DNA of 64,000 nucleotides from an uncultured Pseudomonadota bacterium (GCA_963836235.1 CAWIIP010000002.1:544001-608000), one strand, 5' to 3'. Positions 35,500 through 46,812 are shown, numbered from the stretch's first letter. Made by a program: numbers and translations. The notes: generated by a model not told the origin, from the sequence alone.

Positions 35500-36972
35500 T
35501 TAATCCTTCCTCAAGGAAGGTTTTTGTTTATGCCAATCGGTAGCCTGCTCATAAGCATAAGCCGTCCGCAACAGGGTAGCCTCATCGAAAGCCTTGCCGA
35601 TCAACTGTAACCCAATGGGTAATCCGCTCTTGGAAAGGCCGCAAGGCACTGATAACCCCGGCAAACCCGTAATATTGATCGATACGGTAAAAACATCTTC
35701 CAGGTACATGGAAAGGGGGTCACCGGTCTTCTCACCGAAGCGGAAAGCCGGGTTAGGGGCCGTCGGGGTCGCGATGACGTCCACCTTCTCAAAGGCCTTA
35801 TCGTAATCCTGTTTAATCAAGCGGCGAACCTTAAGGGCTTTTAAATAGTAGGCATCGTAATAGCCCGACGAAAGGGCGTAGGTGCCCAGCATGATGCGGC
35901 GTTTGACTTCCGGCCCGAACCCGGCGGCACGGGTCTTTGAATACATTTCAAGTATGTTCTCACCCGGCACACGTAACCCGTAGCGAACCCCGTCATAACG
36001 GGCCAAGTTAGAAGAGGCTTCCGAGGGAGCCAAAACGTAATAGGCCGCCAAACCATAGGGCGACGCCGGAAGGGATACTTCGACTATCTCGGCGCCTTGC
36101 TTTTTCAGTTCATCAATCGCCTTCCTCACGGCCTCAGCGACTTCCTTGTTCAAACCTTCAGGGAAAAACTCCTTGGGAATACCGATTCTCAACCCCTTCA
36201 CACTCTTTTTCATTTCAGTCGAGTAAGAGGGCACCACCACCTCGGCAGAGGTCGAATCCTTGGGGTCATGACCTGCGATGGCATCCATCATGATGGCGCA
36301 ATCCTCGACATCCTTGGAAAAAGGGCCGACTTGGTCCAACGAAGAAGCGAAAGCGATCAGGCCATAACGGGACACCCGGCCATAGGTGGGTTTTAGGCCG
36401 ACAATACCGCAAAGCGCCGCGGGCTGACGAATGGAACCACCCGTATCGGAACCCAAAGAAGCGAAGGCTTGGTCCGCTGAAACGCTGGCTGCCGAACCGC
36501 CCGAGGACCCACCCGGAACGCAATTGAGGTTCCAGGGATTCTTAGTTTTCTTATAGTAGGAAGTTTCGGTGGAAGACCCCATGGCATATTCGTCCATATT
36601 GGTTTTGCCCACGCTGACCGCGCCGGCGGCATAAAGTTTTTCTACAACCGTGGCGTTATAAGGCGGCACGAAGTTTTCCAGCATCTTGGAACCACAGGTT
36701 GTGCGGATGCCCTTGGTGCAAAGCAGGTCCTTGATGGCAAGGGGCACGCCGGTTAAAGGGGTAATGTCCTTGCCCGAAGCCAGGCGTTTATCCGCTTCCG
36801 CCGCCTGTTCCAAGGCTTCTTCCCGGGTCACGGTAATAAAGGCTTGAACCTTGGGCTCAATGGATTCCAAATGATCCATAGTGGCCTCGGTCAATTCGAC
36901 TGAAGAAACCTTCTTGGCCTTCAAGTCGGCCGATACTTCGTGAATTGTTTTTTCGAGTAATTCGTTTTTCAT
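35500..36972 (-). CDS. gatA: Amidotransferase subunit A
   Basis: Amidase signature '[10 protein letters not shown]', '[12 protein letters not shown]', 'SSNLARYDG', 'EVKRRIMLG'. Confidence 0.98.
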   Translation of the reverse strand: MKNELLEKTIHEVSADLKAKKVSSVELTEATMDHLESIEPKVQAFITVTREEALEQAAEADKRLASGKDITPLTGVPLAIKDLLCTKGIRTTCGSKMLENFVPPYNATVVEKLYAAGAVSVGKTNMDEYAMGSSTETSYYKKTKNPWNLNCVPGGSSGGSAASVSADQAFASLGSDTGGSIRQPAALCGIVGLKPTYGRVSRYGLIAFASSLDQVGPFSKDVEDCAIMMDAIAGHDPKDSTSAEVVVPSYSTEMKKSVKGLRIGIPKEFFPEGLNKEVAEAVRKAIDELKKQGAEIVEVSLPASPYGLAAYYVLAPSEASSNLARYDGVRYGLRVPGENILEMYSKTRAAGFGPEVKRRIMLGTYALSSGYYDAYYLKALKVRRLIKQDYDKAFEKVDVIATPTAPNPAFRFGEKTGDPLSMYLEDVFTVSINITGLPGLSVPCGLSKSGLPIGLQLIGKAFDEATLLRTAYAYEQATDWHKQKPSLRKD

Positions 36973-37019
36973 TGGTACCCTAGTTTTCTTTCGCGGTCAT
37001 CGGGGAAAGCGCCCCGCTA

Positions 37020-37304
37020 TTACATGATCTTCGGAACCTTAAAATGCCCCGATTGAACTTCCGGCCCATTGGAAAGAACTTCCTGTTGGGTTAAGGAAGG
37101 CTGTATTTCGTCAGGACGAAAGACGTTCTTCACGTCCAAAGGATGGGTCAAGGGTTCCACATTGGAGGTATCGAGCTTATTCAGCTGCTCGACATATTCG
37201 AGAATGTTGGCCAATTGCTGGGTGTATTTGGCCACTTCCTGGTCGGTGACTTCTAAGCGGGCAAGTTTAGCGACGTATTGGACATCTTTTTCGGATAAGG
37301 ACAT
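37020..37304 (-). CDS. gatC: Amidotransferase subunit C
   Basis: 'VAKLARL', 'LDTSNVEP', 'FKVPKI'; operon position. Confidence 0.96.
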   Translation of the reverse strand: MSLSEKDVQYVAKLARLEVTDQEVAKYTQQLANILEYVEQLNKLDTSNVEPLTHPLDVKNVFRPDEIQPSLTQQEVLSNGPEVQSGHFKVPKIM

Positions 37305-37383
37305 GAAAACTCCCTAAAAAGGCTGAAAGGATTCGATATATTGCCAGAACCTAGAACCCTTTTCCAGTAATAAGGAACCGGGT

Positions 37384-38103
37384 TTAAGCTCCGATAAGAT
37401 GTTTTTTGAGAAAAGCCAAGGTCATGGCCCAGGCCGCCGCCGCAGAAGCGGCGTGATAGGCGGGCCGATCGTCGCAGTTGAAACCATGTTGGGCTTCCGA
37501 GAATTCTGCGTTGATAAAGTCTTTCCCCGCGACCCGCAAAGAGTCGCACAGTTCTTTTACTTTCTCGGGCGGCGTAGATTTATCCTTGCCCGCCCAAACC
37601 AAAAGCAAAGGGGCTTTTTGGTCTTTAGCCATTTCCGGAGGCTGAGCCAAAATTCGGCTTCCATAAAAAGAAACAGCCGCTCCCAGAGAAAGCACCGCAT
37701 TCGCCATGAAAGCCACCTGTCCTCCCAGGCAAAAGCCAACAGCCCCGATTTTTTCAGGGGTCAGGTTTTCTTCTTTTTGGAGCCATTCATAAGCCGCTTT
37801 GGTGTCCGCCAATAAGGTTTCAGGAGATAGACCATCAAAGTGTGGTTTCAAGGCTGGAAAATTATCGTAAGCCCCCTCAAAGCCAACCGGAGCGGTTCGA
37901 TGGAAAAGCTCGGGAGCGATGGCCACATAGCCTTCCCTTGCTAACCGCCGGGCGATGTTTTCGATATGCTGGTTGACGCCAAAGGCTTCTTGAAAAATGA
38001 TAATTCCGGCCTTTCCTTTCTTATCAGGCTCCGCCACAAAAGCCGCCATTTCGGTCCCGTCGGCCACCTTGAGTTGAACCATGCTTTCTTTGATCTCAGC
38101 CAT
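37384..38103 (-). CDS. Dienelactone hydrolase family protein
   Basis: 'QEAFGVN', nucleophile 'GFCLGG', 'HGFNCD'. Confidence 0.93.
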   Translation of the reverse strand: MAEIKESMVQLKVADGTEMAAFVAEPDKKGKAGIIIFQEAFGVNQHIENIARRLAREGYVAIAPELFHRTAPVGFEGAYDNFPALKPHFDGLSPETLLADTKAAYEWLQKEENLTPEKIGAVGFCLGGQVAFMANAVLSLGAAVSFYGSRILAQPPEMAKDQKAPLLLVWAGKDKSTPPEKVKELCDSLRVAGKDFINAEFSEAQHGFNCDDRPAYHAASAAAAWAMTLAFLKKHLIGA

Positions 38104-38123
38104 AAGCCCCCCTTAAGAAATCG

Positions 38124-40329
38124 CTATTCAACTTTTTCCAAATTCGCTATCTTCGCCAAAAGCTGTTTCTTGCCGTGGTTGGGGAACGAGACTGTAACCT
38201 TTAAGTTCTCACCCGAACCCGTTAGGGCCAAAACCATTCCCTTCCCAAATTTCTTGTGTTTTACCGTCTCGCCCAACGCGTAAGGGGCCATGACCGGCTC
38301 TTCATCCCATTCGGGGTCTTTGAGCTCGTCGAATTCCTTTTTCTTGGCGTCCCGAACCTCGTAAAGACCGCCCTGAGTCGCCACAATGGAAGCGGCCTTG
38401 CCCGTCACCTGGATCATATCCTTTGGGATTTCAGAAAGAAAGCGGGAGGGTGCCCGCCATTGGGGGGTGCCGTAAACATAACGACAGGCAGCGCCGGTGA
38501 GATAGAGGATATCCATGGCGCGGGTCATGCCCACATAACAAAGCCGGCGTTCTTCCTGGACCTCGTCATCAGCCTCCATGGAGTTGTTATGGGGAAAAAG
38601 CCCCTCTTCCATACCGGTGATGAACACGATGGGAAACTCCAGGCCTTTGGCGTTGTGCATGGTCATTAGGGTCACGGAATTTCGCTTGTCTTCGAGCTTG
38701 TCCACATCCGCCACCAAGGACACTTGGTCCAGATAGCCCCCGAGAGTAGGGTTTTCGGCGGTCGTTTCGTAATCCACTACCGAGTTCACCAATTCCTTCA
38801 GGTTTTCGGCCCGCATCTTGGATTCGATTGAATCATCGGTAGCCAAATCCGTCAAATAGCCCGACCGTTCCAACACCCTCTTTACGAACTCCCCTGGTGG
38901 TACGCTATCCCTCTCGGCGATTAACCCGTCCATCATGGAAGTGAAACTAGCCAGAGCTTGGGTGGCTTTCTTAGGAAAGTCTCCGCCCAAAAGCTGCCTT
39001 CCGGGCGGCGTCCAAAAGCGTCATATCCAGGCTTTTGGCGGTCTCCTCCAACTTCGCCACCGTACCGCTTCCGATGCCCCGGATGGGCACATTGATCATG
39101 CGGCGCAAAGATACCGAATCCTTGGGATTCACCAACACATGAAAATAGGCCAACATGTCTTTCACTTCCTTGCGGTCATAAAACTTGAGGCCTCCCACGA
39201 TGATGTAAGGGATTTTATGTCGGCGGCAAGCGTCTTCCAAAACGCGGGATTGGGCGTTGGTGCGGTAAAGAATGGCCACGCTCCGGAAAGACCGGCCCGG
39301 CTCCCCCAGCCTTTCATAGATGGTCTTCAACACAAACTCAGCCTCATCCTTGTCGTCCTCTGCCTGGTAATAGGTGGGCGTCTCCCCCATTTCCCGGATG
39401 GAAAAGAGCTCCTTTTCCTTGCGCTGGGAATTATTGCGGATAACGGCTTGGGCCGCCTGGATGACGGAACGGGTGGAACGGTAATTTTGCTGGAGTTTGA
39501 AGAGCTTGGCACCGGGAAAATCCTGCTCAAAGCGCAGGATGTTGCGGATATCCGCCCCCCGCCAACCATAAATGGACTGATCCGGGTCCCCTACCACATA
39601 AAGATTATTCAAAGGATGGGCGATGGCCGAGATCAGCTGGTACTGGGCAATGTTGATATCTTGGTACTCATCCACCTGAATATATTCGAAACGCTTCCGG
39701 TAGCTTTCCAGGATGTCGGGGAATTGCTTCAGCAAAAGGACCCCATTGAAGAGAAGGTCGTCGAAATCCATCGCGTTATTTTCTTTGAGCTTGGTCTGGT
39801 ATCGGGGATAGATTAGGGCCACCTTCTCTTGGAAGAAGCCAGCCACCAATTCCTCGTATTCTTTGGGATTCTTCAATTCATTTTTAGCCGCGCTGATTTG
39901 GGAATGCACGGCATAGGGATGCACTTGTTTCTCATCCCACTTAAGATCCCACAGGCATTCCTTGATGAGGGCCTTTTGATCCGAGTCATCGTAGATGGTA
40001 AAACCCGGTTGGTACCCCAGTTTATCCGCGTGAAGCTTGAGAATGGAAAGGCAGAGACGGTGGAAGGTGCCGATGAAAAGTTCCCGAACCTTTTGATGCC
40101 CAGCCAGGTTGGCTACCCGGTCCTTCATTTCCTGGGCCGCCTTGTTGGTAAAGGTAACCGCCAGAATTCGAAAGGGCGATACATGAAGTTCGTCCATCAA
40201 CCGGAGGATTCGGTAGGTAATAACACGGGTCTTTCCGGACCCCGCCCCCGCCAAAATAAGGGCCGGTCCACCGTTATGTACAACCGCCTCGCGCTGTTCT
40301 TCGTTTAAGTCTCGGTAGGTGCGTTTCAT
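38124..40329 (-). CDS. pcrA: ATP-dependent DNA helicase PcrA/UvrD, split by a +1 frameshift near 38989-38992
   Basis: ORF 38971-40338 carries 'AGAGSGKT', 'TFTNKAA', 'DEYQD', 'VGDPDQSIY', 'NYRS'. ORF 38124-38990 carries 'TMHNAKGLEF', 'EERRLCYVGMTRA' and the Tudor-like 'HKKFGKG'. Confidence 0.93.
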
Positions 40330-40475
40330 AGGTCCCATAAAAAAAATATAAAATAACTATCATTGCGGACAGTTGCCCGCGAATAGAAGCAAAATAACAA
40401 CGGATGAACCCCGCTTTTGATGAATTTTATTCGGTCGATGTCGTTCATGCGATGGCAGGTGAAAACCAGTGAAAT

Positions 40476-40506
40476 AAAAAATCCCGTTCCCTTTCGGGAC
40501 GGGATT
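40476..40506 (-). terminator. Intrinsic terminator of the PilZ gene
   Basis: AATCCCGT...ACGGGATT stem with a T-tract on the minus strand. Confidence 0.75.
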
Positions 40507-40537
40507 CGGGAATTGTCTTATAAACGAAGACTAAATA

Positions 40538-40897
40538 CTATAAGCTTTTTTCAACGTAGTGCCGGATGATTTTCCTGATTTCATCGTCCGCCACGATGAA
40601 CTGAAGACCAAACATGCCCTCACTGACCCAGGCGAGCTTGGAGTAGACATCGACCATCTTATTTTTTTGGACCAGAAAATTAAGTTTGAAGATTTTCGAG
40701 GAAGAAGGAGACATCTCTACTTCCAAACGAATACCACCTTCACTGACATCTTTGGCCTTAACCTTGATAGGAGTTCCTTGCACTTCAAAAACGTTTCCCG
40801 ATTTGGATTCCACCACATTATGTAACGTTACTGTCTCTTGGAATTTAGCCCGAGAATGTTTTCGACGTTCACTTTTCGACTGGTTCGATTGGCTCAT
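40538..40897 (-). CDS. Stand-alone PilZ domain protein
   Basis: c-di-GMP motifs RxxxR ('RRKHSR') and DxSxxG ('DVSEGG'), 'GLQF'. Confidence 0.9.
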   Translation of the reverse strand: MSQSNQSKSERRKHSRAKFQETVTLHNVVESKSGNVFEVQGTPIKVKAKDVSEGGIRLEVEMSPSSSKIFKLNFLVQKNKMVDVYSKLAWVSEGMFGLQFIVADDEIRKIIRHYVEKSL

Positions 40898-41049
40898 CAA
40901 AACCCCTCAAAAACTCGGTTAAACGGTAAACAATTGATCGAATAATAGCCCATTTTCATTTGAATGTTAAACGATTCTATTCGGCAAATTTAAATTTAAA
41001 ATGATTTTAGTTTTTTTGAAATCATTTTGATCAAAAGAAATAAAAGGTC

Positions 41050-43156
41050 TTATTTGTATATTTCAATGTAAAAAGCGGTAGGAACCCACGAAATAACCAA
41101 ATTATTTTTTGCCCATTTGGTTGGAACTTTTATTTTAACAATTTGCCCATTGGCATCTAAGGCACGTACCCTCAGTTTGATGTCCTTTTGATAACGAAAA
41201 AGAGTAATTTTAGCCTGAAATGGTTCCACTAAAATGGGACCTGTTCCTTGTGAAATTAGTTTGGTCTTGGCTGTGTTGTAAACTTGACCTGTGTTTTCCA
41301 TCCGGGTTACCCCCGTTAGGAGCATACGGTCCGACGCCCAAAGATTCGTTTTGGTCAATGAGATAAGGGAAAGGGACGCGAATAGATTGGGAGTTTCCAC
41401 CTGCCAAACGGGGCTTATCAATTTCCGGTGGCCCACAAAACCGATGACAGCCTGAAATCGGGGACTTGATATCTGCACGACTCCGACATTTCCCTGCCAA
41501 TGGATCTGTTCGGTGTCGGATAGGATAGATTGAGTTTTTTCAATCACCTTGGCCTTCAAGAGTCCCACGGGATCGGTTTTAAACTCCTCTCCCTCGAGCT
41601 CAAACCCTGAGCGGTGGGCCAAAGCCGTTAAAAGATCTTTATCGCTTTTGAGAATGAAAATTCTCCCCTCTTTTAAATCCCCCCGCAAAAAAACAAGAGC
41701 CGCGATAGGCCATTGGGCCGACAGAACGGGTTTGTTGTTCAAATCATCGTTAGAAGCGATGACATTAACATCGTCCGCTTCTGATAAAGCCATCCCCAAA
41801 GAAGCCTGCCAACCTTGGAAACCGGCATAGGCCGACATTAAAATGGGGATTTCCCCTAAAAACTCATTGGGCCATTCAGCTGTCCATTGAACTCCATAAC
41901 TGTTTCCCAAAGGTCTGGAAGAAATCAATTGGGCCGGTAGACTTTTTTCTGGCGCCATCACCATAGGATTATCGCTGAAAGTAATGGGCTGTTCATTCGC
42001 CGATGAGCTCGGTTCCCAAATAGCATTGGTAAATTTTAAGTTTGCCGGCAATAGGACAGCCGGGTCTTTTAAAAGGGAGTCTGGCAAGACTTGTGTTTCC
42101 TGGCACAGGATCTCGGTATAAATACCTCTGGCTTTCATCGAGTTTTCCAAACTTTGAAGATGGGTGAGTATATCAACGCTAGCCTTGTCCGGCAGCTCCA
42201 CCGAAACTTCGTTACAACCATAGCGAGCGAATCGGCTTGCAAGCACGGAAAGTTGGTCGTCATTCAAAGTCCACCAGTTATCTCGGAGGCGGCTCCCCCA
42301 AAATCGGGCCACGGTTCCGTCCTCAAAAAAAAAGGCCTGGCCCATGTTCTTTAAGGCACCATGCTTCCCCGCCGGGGCATCCAAAAGAAAACTCATGTCG
42401 ATGGCGGTTCCCACTGAAGAACTAGTTAAAGGTCCAGGAGAAATCCAGCCGGTAGTATCGGTCGTAAATGTTTTCTCCGGTTTGGGTGAAGTTGTAGAAA
42501 CAGGGAGTTCTTTATCGGAAGCGGTAATAGCGAAAAGAATGGGAACAGGCATTTTGTTCAAAGATTTGAAAAGAATTGTTTGAATGAAAGCTTCAGGCCG
42601 GGGATTCTTCCAGGGAAAAAGGCTTAGGCCCATGTCAGTACTCTTATACTTATGCCACCAAGCTAAGAAACTATTGGAAGTATCATCCGCTCCTGAAAAA
42701 TTGGTAAGTTCCGCGCCAACATGTAATGGAACAATAGAAACTTGGCCGTCGTCATAGATCACGTCATACTCAGCCACGGTGATATTGGAAGCCGTACCAC
42801 CCCATCGACAGGAATGGAGAAAATAAAGAGTATTGGCTTTAAGGTGGCCGGTCGATAGCGCTACAGCCTCAGGAAATTCCGGCTTTCGCTTTCCTTTGAG
42901 GACAATAAACGATTTTCCTTGGTTTTCCATCCAATCCAAAAGTTGAAAAGGAATTCCCCTGAAAAGTCTGCGGACCCTTGGGGAATATTGGCAAATCCTT
43001 CTTTTTCTTTTAGGTCTTCCCCACCTGGTACCATTTCGTCAAAAGATTGGGAAGGCCCCATATTGGCCGCTTTGGAAAGGTCGATAAAGGTGGGTATACC
43101 GCCATGACGTCTCGGAAAACCAGCAAGGCTAGGCAAAAAAAAGCGGTTCTCCACAT
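41050..43156 (-). CDS. Secreted glycoside-hydrolase-like protein with degenerate catalytic domain; 5' end broken by about 3 indels
   Basis: Signal peptide MWRTAFFCLALLVFRDVMA (ATG 43156), continuing in another frame as IPTFIDLSKAANMG, then joining ORF 41050-42939; 'DMSFLLDAPAGKHG...FEDGT.ARFWG' resembles the start of GH5-like modules. Confidence 0.6.
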
Positions 43157-43163
43157 GGCGTCG

Positions 43164-43892
43164 TTACTGTTTCTTATAGCGATAATATTTGGTAATGATG
43201 GCATCGACTTCCTCGGGCTTGTCGACCACGTGGAATAGGTCCATGTCGCCCTTGTCGATATAGTGGCGATTGCCCAAGATGGTGTTCTTAATCCAGTCGA
43301 TCCCACCCTTCCAAAATTCCTTGTTCACCAGGATGATTGGGATGGGATCGATTTTTTTCGTCTGGACGAGGGTAATAACCTCAAAAAACTCGTCCATTGT
43401 ACCGAACCCTCCCGGCATCACAATAACTGCCGATGTGTAGCGCAGGAACATGACTTTTCGGATGAAAAAATAATGAAAATTCACAGGAAGGTTGATATAG
43501 GGATTGGGTTTTTGCTCAAAGGGTAGTTCGATATTGCAGCCCACTGAACGGCCCCCCGCCTCGTGGGCGCCTAGATTCGCACCCTCCATCACACCTGGCC
43601 CGCCGCCCGTAATGACGGAAAATCCTTTCTTCGAAAGTCGATAGGCGATTTTCCGGGACAATTGGTAATCCTCGGCGTTTTGAAGCGTTCGGGCAGAACC
43701 GAAAATAGTCACTGCGGGCCGAATATTTCGAAGCGCCTCAAAACCCTCAACGAACTCCGACATGATACGGAACATTCGCCAAGTATCCTGTTCTTTGAAG
43801 TCATTGGCGATGAAGGGATTTCCTGAAACTCCATTCTTAGGACGGGCAATGGTGCGCCTTTCAACTGTTTTCTTAGATTTGCGTATTGGCAT
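43164..43892 (-). CDS. LOG-family (TIGR00730-type) nucleotide phosphoribohydrolase
   Basis: 'TIFGSAR', 'TGGGPGVME', 'LPFEQ..N', 'YFFIRK', 'PGGFGTMDE'. Confidence 0.93.
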   Translation of the reverse strand: MPIRKSKKTVERRTIARPKNGVSGNPFIANDFKEQDTWRMFRIMSEFVEGFEALRNIRPAVTIFGSARTLQNAEDYQLSRKIAYRLSKKGFSVITGGGPGVMEGANLGAHEAGGRSVGCNIELPFEQKPNPYINLPVNFHYFFIRKVMFLRYTSAVIVMPGGFGTMDEFFEVITLVQTKKIDPIPIILVNKEFWKGGIDWIKNTILGNRHYIDKGDMDLFHVVDKPEEVDAIITKYYRYKKQ

Positions 43893-43912
43893 TGTTTCCT
43901 CTCTTCAATAAA

Positions 43913-44353
43913 TTAGGCGATAATTGCCTGTCGGTTTATCTTCCAGGGCATCCTTGAATACTTTTGGCGTGATCGGTAATCAAGACGGGCAGTTGCTGGA
44001 CATCAAAATATTTTATGTCGCTTGTTTCCTCGCTTGGCGTACAGTGATCCGTCTATGATTCGGCAAAGAAACGAGACCCGGACCGTATGCCATTCCGGCC
44101 CTTGCGCTATATGTAGTGAACCTTTGGTGTCGGAATAAATCCCGATCAACCGCACCACTTCAGCCCTCAAACCTGTTTCCTCGTAAAGTTCCCTCAAACA
44201 GGCCTGTGCCAAAGTTTCACCCAAATCGACATGGCCGCCGGGAATACACCACAAACCGTTGTCGGTGCGTTTGACCAACAGCACTTTTCGTTTGTCATCA
44301 AAAACAAGCGCGTTGACGGCAATTTTGGGCGTCAATTGGGGCTTATGATCCAC
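43913..44353 (-). CDS. NUDIX hydrolase, 3' end frameshifted
   Basis: Nudix box 'PGGHVDLGETLAQACLRELYEETG'. The C-terminus continues out of frame from ~44041 (TPSEETSDIKYFDVQQLP...), and further indels lead to a stop at 43913. Confidence 0.85.
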
Positions 44354-44373
44354 CCTTCACCTTCCGTTTAAAC

Positions 44374-44409
44374 AAAAAATCCCACGCACCGTAAAAGATG
44401 CGCGGGATT
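44374..44409 (-). terminator. Intrinsic terminator of rplM-rpsI
   Basis: AATCCCGCGCA...TGCGTGGGATT stem followed by a T-tract on the minus strand. Confidence 0.8.
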
Positions 44410-44450
44410 CGAGAAGCATTCCCAGGACTTGCCTGAAGCTCTTCGAAAAA

Positions 44451-44846
44451 TTAACGTTTCGAAAACTGGAAGCGTCTGCGGGCTTTTTTACGCCCATACT
44501 TTTTACGCTCGACCATGCGTGGATCGCGTGTAAGGAAGCCAGCCGCTTTTAAAGGCTTGCGCATCTCGGCATCTACTTTAAGAAGAGCTCGAGAGATACC
44601 ATGACGGAGGGCTTCTGCCTGACCGGTAACGCCTCCACCCGTGAGATTTGCGTACACATCATACTTGCCGAGGGCTAAAACCGTCTCCAAAGGCGACCGC
44701 ACCACGGATAATTTCATTTCCGGGAAAAACTTCTCAATAGGCTTGCCATTGATAATGAATAGTCCCTTTCCCGGCCTAAGGATTACGCGGGCAACGGAGG
44801 TTTTCCGGCGTCCGGTCGCTGCGAATTGTTCTTTCGTGGCTGGCAC
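44451..44846 (-). CDS. rpsI: 30S ribosomal protein S9
   Basis: '[12 protein letters not shown]', 'GGGVTGQA', '[14 protein letters not shown]', 'QFSKR'. Confidence 0.99.
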   Translation of the reverse strand: MPATKEQFAATGRRKTSVARVILRPGKGLFIINGKPIEKFFPEMKLSVVRSPLETVLALGKYDVYANLTGGGVTGQAEALRHGISRALLKVDAEMRKPLKAAGFLTRDPRMVERKKYGRKKARRRFQFSKR

Positions 44847-44848
44847 TC

Positions 44849-45307
44849 TTATTCTCCTCTTTTGGTGGCGTTATGGGCCAAGATCAGCGGCTCGGGTTTT
44901 TGAGCGGAATGGGGATGGGTTTCGCCCTTGTAAACATTCAAACGGCCGAACATCTTGTCCCCTTGTGAAGTCTTGGGCAGCATACCCTTGATAGCGAATT
45001 CCAAGATTCTTTCCGGTTTGGTCGTACGAAGATTCTTATACATAACAGTCGTCAACCCGCCCGGGCGTCCTGATGTCCGGTGATGTGCCTTGGTGTCCCA
45101 CTTCTTGCCGGTCAAAATAATTTTTTCGGCGTTGACAATGACCACATGGTCCCCATTTTCAACGTGCGGGGTGAAAAGGCGCTTATGTTTGCCCCTCAAA
45201 ACAGCGGCTACTTGAGATGTCAGGCGACCTAACACCTGATCCTTGGCGTCGACAATCCACCATTTGCGATTGATGTCTTTCTGCGTTGCGAGAACAGTCT
45301 TTTGCAT
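44849..45307 (-). CDS. rplM: 50S ribosomal protein L13
   Basis: 'WWIVDA...LGRL', 'LRGKHK..FTPH...GD', 'GMLPK', 'HPHSAQKP'. Confidence 0.99.
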   Translation of the reverse strand: MQKTVLATQKDINRKWWIVDAKDQVLGRLTSQVAAVLRGKHKRLFTPHVENGDHVVIVNAEKIILTGKKWDTKAHHRTSGRPGGLTTVMYKNLRTTKPERILEFAIKGMLPKTSQGDKMFGRLNVYKGETHPHSAQKPEPLILAHNATKRGE

Positions 45308-45371
45308 TTTTCTTTACCTAGCTCATCTTTCTTGTGAACTGCTTGTGCCTCAAAAGGGGACAAGGGCCTGA

Positions 45372-45399
45372 ATTATAAGGGTTTTCAATAGTGTGTCAA
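45372..45399 (-). promoter_or_regulatory. Consensus sigma70 promoter of rplM-rpsI
   Basis: Minus strand TTGACA-N16-TATAAT, about 65 nt upstream of the rplM start. Confidence 0.85.
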
Positions 45400-45433
45400 G
45401 GCTGGAAAAAGGCAAAAAACGGAACAAATTCAT

Positions 45434-46702
45434 TTATTGGGCCAATCGGAAGCGAAGCTCACCATGAATCATGGCAAAGGAAATTTTGTTTCGATACTGT
45501 AAAACCCTCTCAAAGATATCCATAGTTTTAGACTTTTGACGTCGAGTAATAAGAGGAAGACCTATCAAATCGGCCAAATAGCCCGGCTTAATTCGCCCCA
45601 ATTCATGGCCCATTCCCAAGGCTTCAGCAGGCTTATGGGTAACCATGGAAAGAATTTCCATGGCCGGAACGGCTGGATGTTCATTCCGAAAAAGACGCAT
45701 TTCCCGGAATAGGGAAAGGGATTGGTTGCTGGCAAGACTGTCGGTGCCCAGGCAAACCCGGATACCGTATTGGCGCATCTTTCGGTACTTAAATGGGGGA
45801 TGCTTAAAGAAGGCGTGGCTCCCCGGACAATGAACCACAGCAATCCTATTCTTCGATAAAAGACGAAGGTCCTTATCATTTACCACATTTAAATGAACCC
45901 CTAGGTCCAGCTTTGGCAACCAACCGCTTTCATTTAAATACTGAACCGGGGTTGTGTTCCGAGAAAGAATCCAGCTGGGATTCAACGAGCCAATACTTTT
46001 GAACAAGGGCCCGGAAGCGCTTTTGAACAACCGCCCTTCCTCACGGCTTTCGGCCACATGAATAGTGGTTAAAATGTCTTTTCTTGAATCCAGGTAACGG
46101 TTCACGATTTGCAATAACTCTTTAGAGACCGTGAAAGGGGTGTGGGGGCTGAGCCCCCAACGAAAAGTCGCGTTAGGGGGCCATTGACGTATTTGGTCTT
46201 GGAGTTTCTCAAGAAATTTTTTCCAATAATTTATCGGTGAGCTTTGGATCAAATCGAATATTTCCAAAAAAACAAAAGCTCTCAAACCAGAACCGCGTAA
46301 GAGCTGCCAACTTTCCCAGCTTGTGGAAATATCACAAAGGGTGGTTGTACCATAAGAAAAACTTTCTTGAATACCCGCCTCTATCGATGGTTTAAACCTA
46401 GCGGGAGCGTTTTTTCGAGAACTTGCTCCCATCCGTTTTAGCCAATCGATAAAACTCCCCCGGTAAGGGACCTTCCCTTTCAACGCGGTAAAATCCAAAT
46501 GGCAATGAGCGTTGATCAATCCCGGTAACAGCACCGTCTCCCCCAGGTCTAGCATTCGAACCGATGGAAGAAAATAAAGATCCTTTCGCTTTCCCACTTG
46601 GAGAATACGGGAACCTTGGATCATTACAAACCCGTCCTCAATCGGCTGCGGACGGTCCATGGTTAAGATGTACTTGGAAAAAAGGACAAGGCGCTGGCTC
46701 AT
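45434..46702 (-). CDS. Amidohydrolase-superfamily deaminase (candidate aminodeoxyfutalosine or MTA/SAH deaminase)
   Basis: 'PGLINAHCHLD' (HxH), 'SPHTPFTV', 'HVAESREE' (HxxE), 'HCPGSH', 'LGTDSLASN'. Confidence 0.85.
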   Translation of the reverse strand: MSQRLVLFSKYILTMDRPQPIEDGFVMIQGSRILQVGKRKDLYFLPSVRMLDLGETVLLPGLINAHCHLDFTALKGKVPYRGSFIDWLKRMGASSRKNAPARFKPSIEAGIQESFSYGTTTLCDISTSWESWQLLRGSGLRAFVFLEIFDLIQSSPINYWKKFLEKLQDQIRQWPPNATFRWGLSPHTPFTVSKELLQIVNRYLDSRKDILTTIHVAESREEGRLFKSASGPLFKSIGSLNPSWILSRNTTPVQYLNESGWLPKLDLGVHLNVVNDKDLRLLSKNRIAVVHCPGSHAFFKHPPFKYRKMRQYGIRVCLGTDSLASNQSLSLFREMRLFRNEHPAVPAMEILSMVTHKPAEALGMGHELGRIKPGYLADLIGLPLITRRQKSKTMDIFERVLQYRNKISFAMIHGELRFRLAQ

Positions 46703-46812
46703 GGGTTATAGGTTAGCAGGATAAAAAAAACGTTTGTAATGAATTTCACTTCAATTACTTTCGGCCAAGTATTGACCCCGGTGGCAAGGTTTCTTAAAGT
46801 AACAAAGCTCTT

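Noticed and set aside
38124-40338. Naturally split two-gene PcrA/UvrD
   Set aside because: Deleting one base in a 4-nt homopolymer restores a single ORF, and similar indels occur nearby; most likely an artefact.
40340-40450. Possible short minus-strand ORF upstream of pcrA
   Set aside because: No SD, no recognisable motif, and it runs out of frame into pcrA; more likely promoter DNA.
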